Below the pieces are notes generated by a model, which was given only the letters and a program-made list of their open reading frames with translations, had not been told where the DNA came from and ran no database searches. A stretch of DNA of 64,000 nt. Source: Octopus vulgaris (lineage: Eukaryota). Positions 61,689-64,000 of the stretch are shown here, in pieces. Position 1 is the stretch's first letter; the number at the start of each line of letters is the position of its first letter. The DNA is taken from the NCBI GenBank assembly GCA_951406725.2, contig OX597839.1, positions 33,046,001 to 33,110,000 on the forward strand, read 5' to 3'. The position numbers and the translations under genes were made by a program.

Positions 61689-62919
61689 TATACATGACTG
61701 TACACACACACACACAAATATACATGACTATACACACACACACACATCTATTGATATAAAGGTGTATGTGTGTTTTGTGTGTATTTATATTTTGATATGA
61801 AGATATAGATGTATGTGTTTGTATATATATATATATATAATGTATGTATATTAGATATATATATATATATAGATATCCAGAGGTGTGTGTGTATAGATAT
61901 ATATATATATATATATATATATCCAGAGGTGTGTGTGTATATATAGATATATAAGTAAATAGACAGATAGGTATGTACAAATTTGATTAAGAAATATAAC
62001 AAGAGAGATAGGCTTTAGAGCATGGGTAGGTGGACAAGTATACATAGACACACAATAACAGATGCACAGAGAGAAAGAGAGAGTGTGTGTGTGTGAGAGG
62101 GAAGCCAGGTGAAGACGGGGGGGAACAACTCGGAAGCATGGAAGAAGCAACTGGGGGGGGAATAAGCTTGCTTAGACAATTCTGTCTGTTTCACAACGGT
62201 ACACATGGCTTTTCAGAGCTTGTCTCCTCCTCCTCTTCTCTCCTCCTCCTCCTCCTCTTCTTCTCCTCCTCTTCTCTTTTTATTTTACAACTCTGCAGCT
62301 TAAACACTTCTCTTCACAATTACCACCACCACCACCACTACTACTACTACTACTACTTGCATTATACATCAACGTCCACCCCGCCCCCGTCCTTGTCGAA
62401 GGCATAGTAGCTATCACCATTGTCATCTTTCTCCTTTTTCTCCTCCTCCTCCTCTTCATCACGAATCAGTGAGAGAGAGCCTCTACATGGGTGTTCGACT
62501 CGCTAGAAATAGTAGCCAAATCGCTCTCGAGTCACACCTTAATGTCTTAGAGAAAAAAAAAGAAAAGAAAAGAAAAGATGGACACATTGAGCAAATATAA
62601 AAGAAAGAAAAAAAACGGGGAAAAACAAAATGTGATGGTTGTGGTTTGTACACCATTGCTCGTAGGTATACTCAGCCAGGTTTAAACAATAATGTCACTA
62701 GTGTTAGTGTCAAAATAGTGAAAGAAAAAAAAATACTAATTTCGTTTGCTACTACTACTATCCAACAAGGAAGGCTCTAAGTGGTCAGTTGTCATGTTAG
62801 AAATAGCAGCCAGTATGCCTTCAAATCGTGCCTCAAAGGAAACAAAAGGATCAGCCAGGTAAAGCTGGTATGATTGTATGATAGGCATGGTCAGTTAAGG
62901 CTGACCTAGGGCTAAATAA

Positions 62920-62936
62920 CGGCAGCAGCAGCAGCT

Positions 62937-62986
<50 letters not shown>

Positions 62987-63011
62987 CTCTTCTTCTTCCT
63001 CTTCTTCTTCC

Positions 63012-63043
<32 letters not shown>

Positions 63044-63066
63044 TTCCTCTTCTTCTTCTTCCTCTT

Positions 63067-63115
<49 letters not shown>

Positions 63116-63143
63116 TAACACCACTACTACCACCACCACCACC
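62920..63143. repeat. (CAG)/(TTC)/(TAC)/(CAC) compound triplet microsatellite
   Basis: Directly visible. Confidence 0.95.
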
Positions 63144-63429
63144 CAAGAAGGGAGCCCCTAAGTGGTTATTTACCAGGCTGGAAATAGCAGCTGAGTTAAG
63201 GCTGGCATGTTTTTGTATTATGGGGCTGCTCAGCCAAGGTTGACCTGGGGCTAAACGACGATGACAACAGCTGCTGCTGCTACTACTACTACTACTAAAT
63301 CAATCACTGTTTCTAGAAATGCCATTACTTATTCATGTAGATTTCTTCAGATTGTCACACGGAGAGGTGTGTCTGGCTGGTTGATGGTATTGAGTTTGCT
63401 GAATGTGCCAGCATATATATACATACATA

Positions 63430-63837
63430 CGCAGGAGTGGCTGTGTGGTAAGTAGCTTGCCTACCAACCACATGGTTCTGGGTTCAGTCCCACTGTGTGG
63501 CATCTTGGGCAAGTGTCTTCTGCTATAGCCCCGGGCCGACCAATGCCTTGTGAGTGGATTTGGTAGACGGAAACTGAAAGAAGCCTGTCGTATATATATA
63601 TGTATATGTATATGTATATATATGTGTGTTTGTGTGTCTGTGTTTGTCCCCCTAGCATTGCTTGACAACCGATGCTGGTGTGTTTACGTCCCCGTCACTT
63701 AGCGGTTCGGCAAAAGAGACCGATAGAATAAGTACTGGGCTTACAAAGAATAAGTCCCAGGGTTGATTTGCTCGACTAAAGGCGGTGCTCCAGCATGGCC
63801 GCAGTCAAATGACTGAAACAAGTAAAAGAATAAAGAG

Positions 63838-63838
<1 letters not shown>
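63430..63838 (+). mobile_element. Family A SINE, full length
   Basis: Same head, internal microsatellite and tail. Confidence 0.9.
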
Positions 63839-63870
<32 letters not shown>

Positions 63871-64000
63871 GTATAGACACACACACACACATGTATATCT
63901 CATCGTGGCACTCCGTTGGTTATGACGACGAGGGTTCCACTTGATCCAATCAATGGAACAGCCTGCTCGTGAAATTAAAGTGCAAGTGGCTGAGTACTCC

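Noticed and set aside
62895-63146. Poly-Glu / protamine-like Arg-rich ORFs
   Set aside because: Compound triplet microsatellite with no splice or start context.

Overview
Eukaryotic, AT-rich, microsatellite- and retroposon-saturated genomic DNA. The SINE families, RTE/CR1/Dong LINE fragments and (AT)n/(AC)n density point to an octopus or other coleoid cephalopod; this is my inference from repeat content. Almost all ORFs in the supplied track are artefacts of microsatellites and SINEs. The one convincing complete CDS is 25806-27362 (+), contained in a single exon. It has an SLX4IP-like N-terminus, a low-complexity linker and a C-terminal helical domain resembling the MUM1/PWWP3A C-terminus. 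Also present are a housekeeping-type promoter and non-coding first exon at about 37.55-37.84 kb (+), and isolated candidate coding exons at 16501-16591 (-) and 55982-56051 (+, GC donor). Mobile DNA includes a decayed DD37D (maT) Tc1/mariner transposon with both TIRs (35213-37342), hAT, piggyBac and mariner MITEs (TSDs visible for the hAT and piggyBac copies), two Helitron-like elements, about 25 copies of a tRNA-derived SINE, and many RTE-LINE 3' ends carrying an expandable hairpin minisatellite. The most unusual signal is a set of dispersed Penelope-type minimal hammerhead-ribozyme motifs from several sequence families, often sitting in (AT)n tracts. One is fused downstream of a tRNA-like Pol III head and duplicated head-to-head (3351-3752), suggesting a hammerhead-bearing SINE/retrozyme-like system. 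All homology calls are from recalled motifs; no searches were run.
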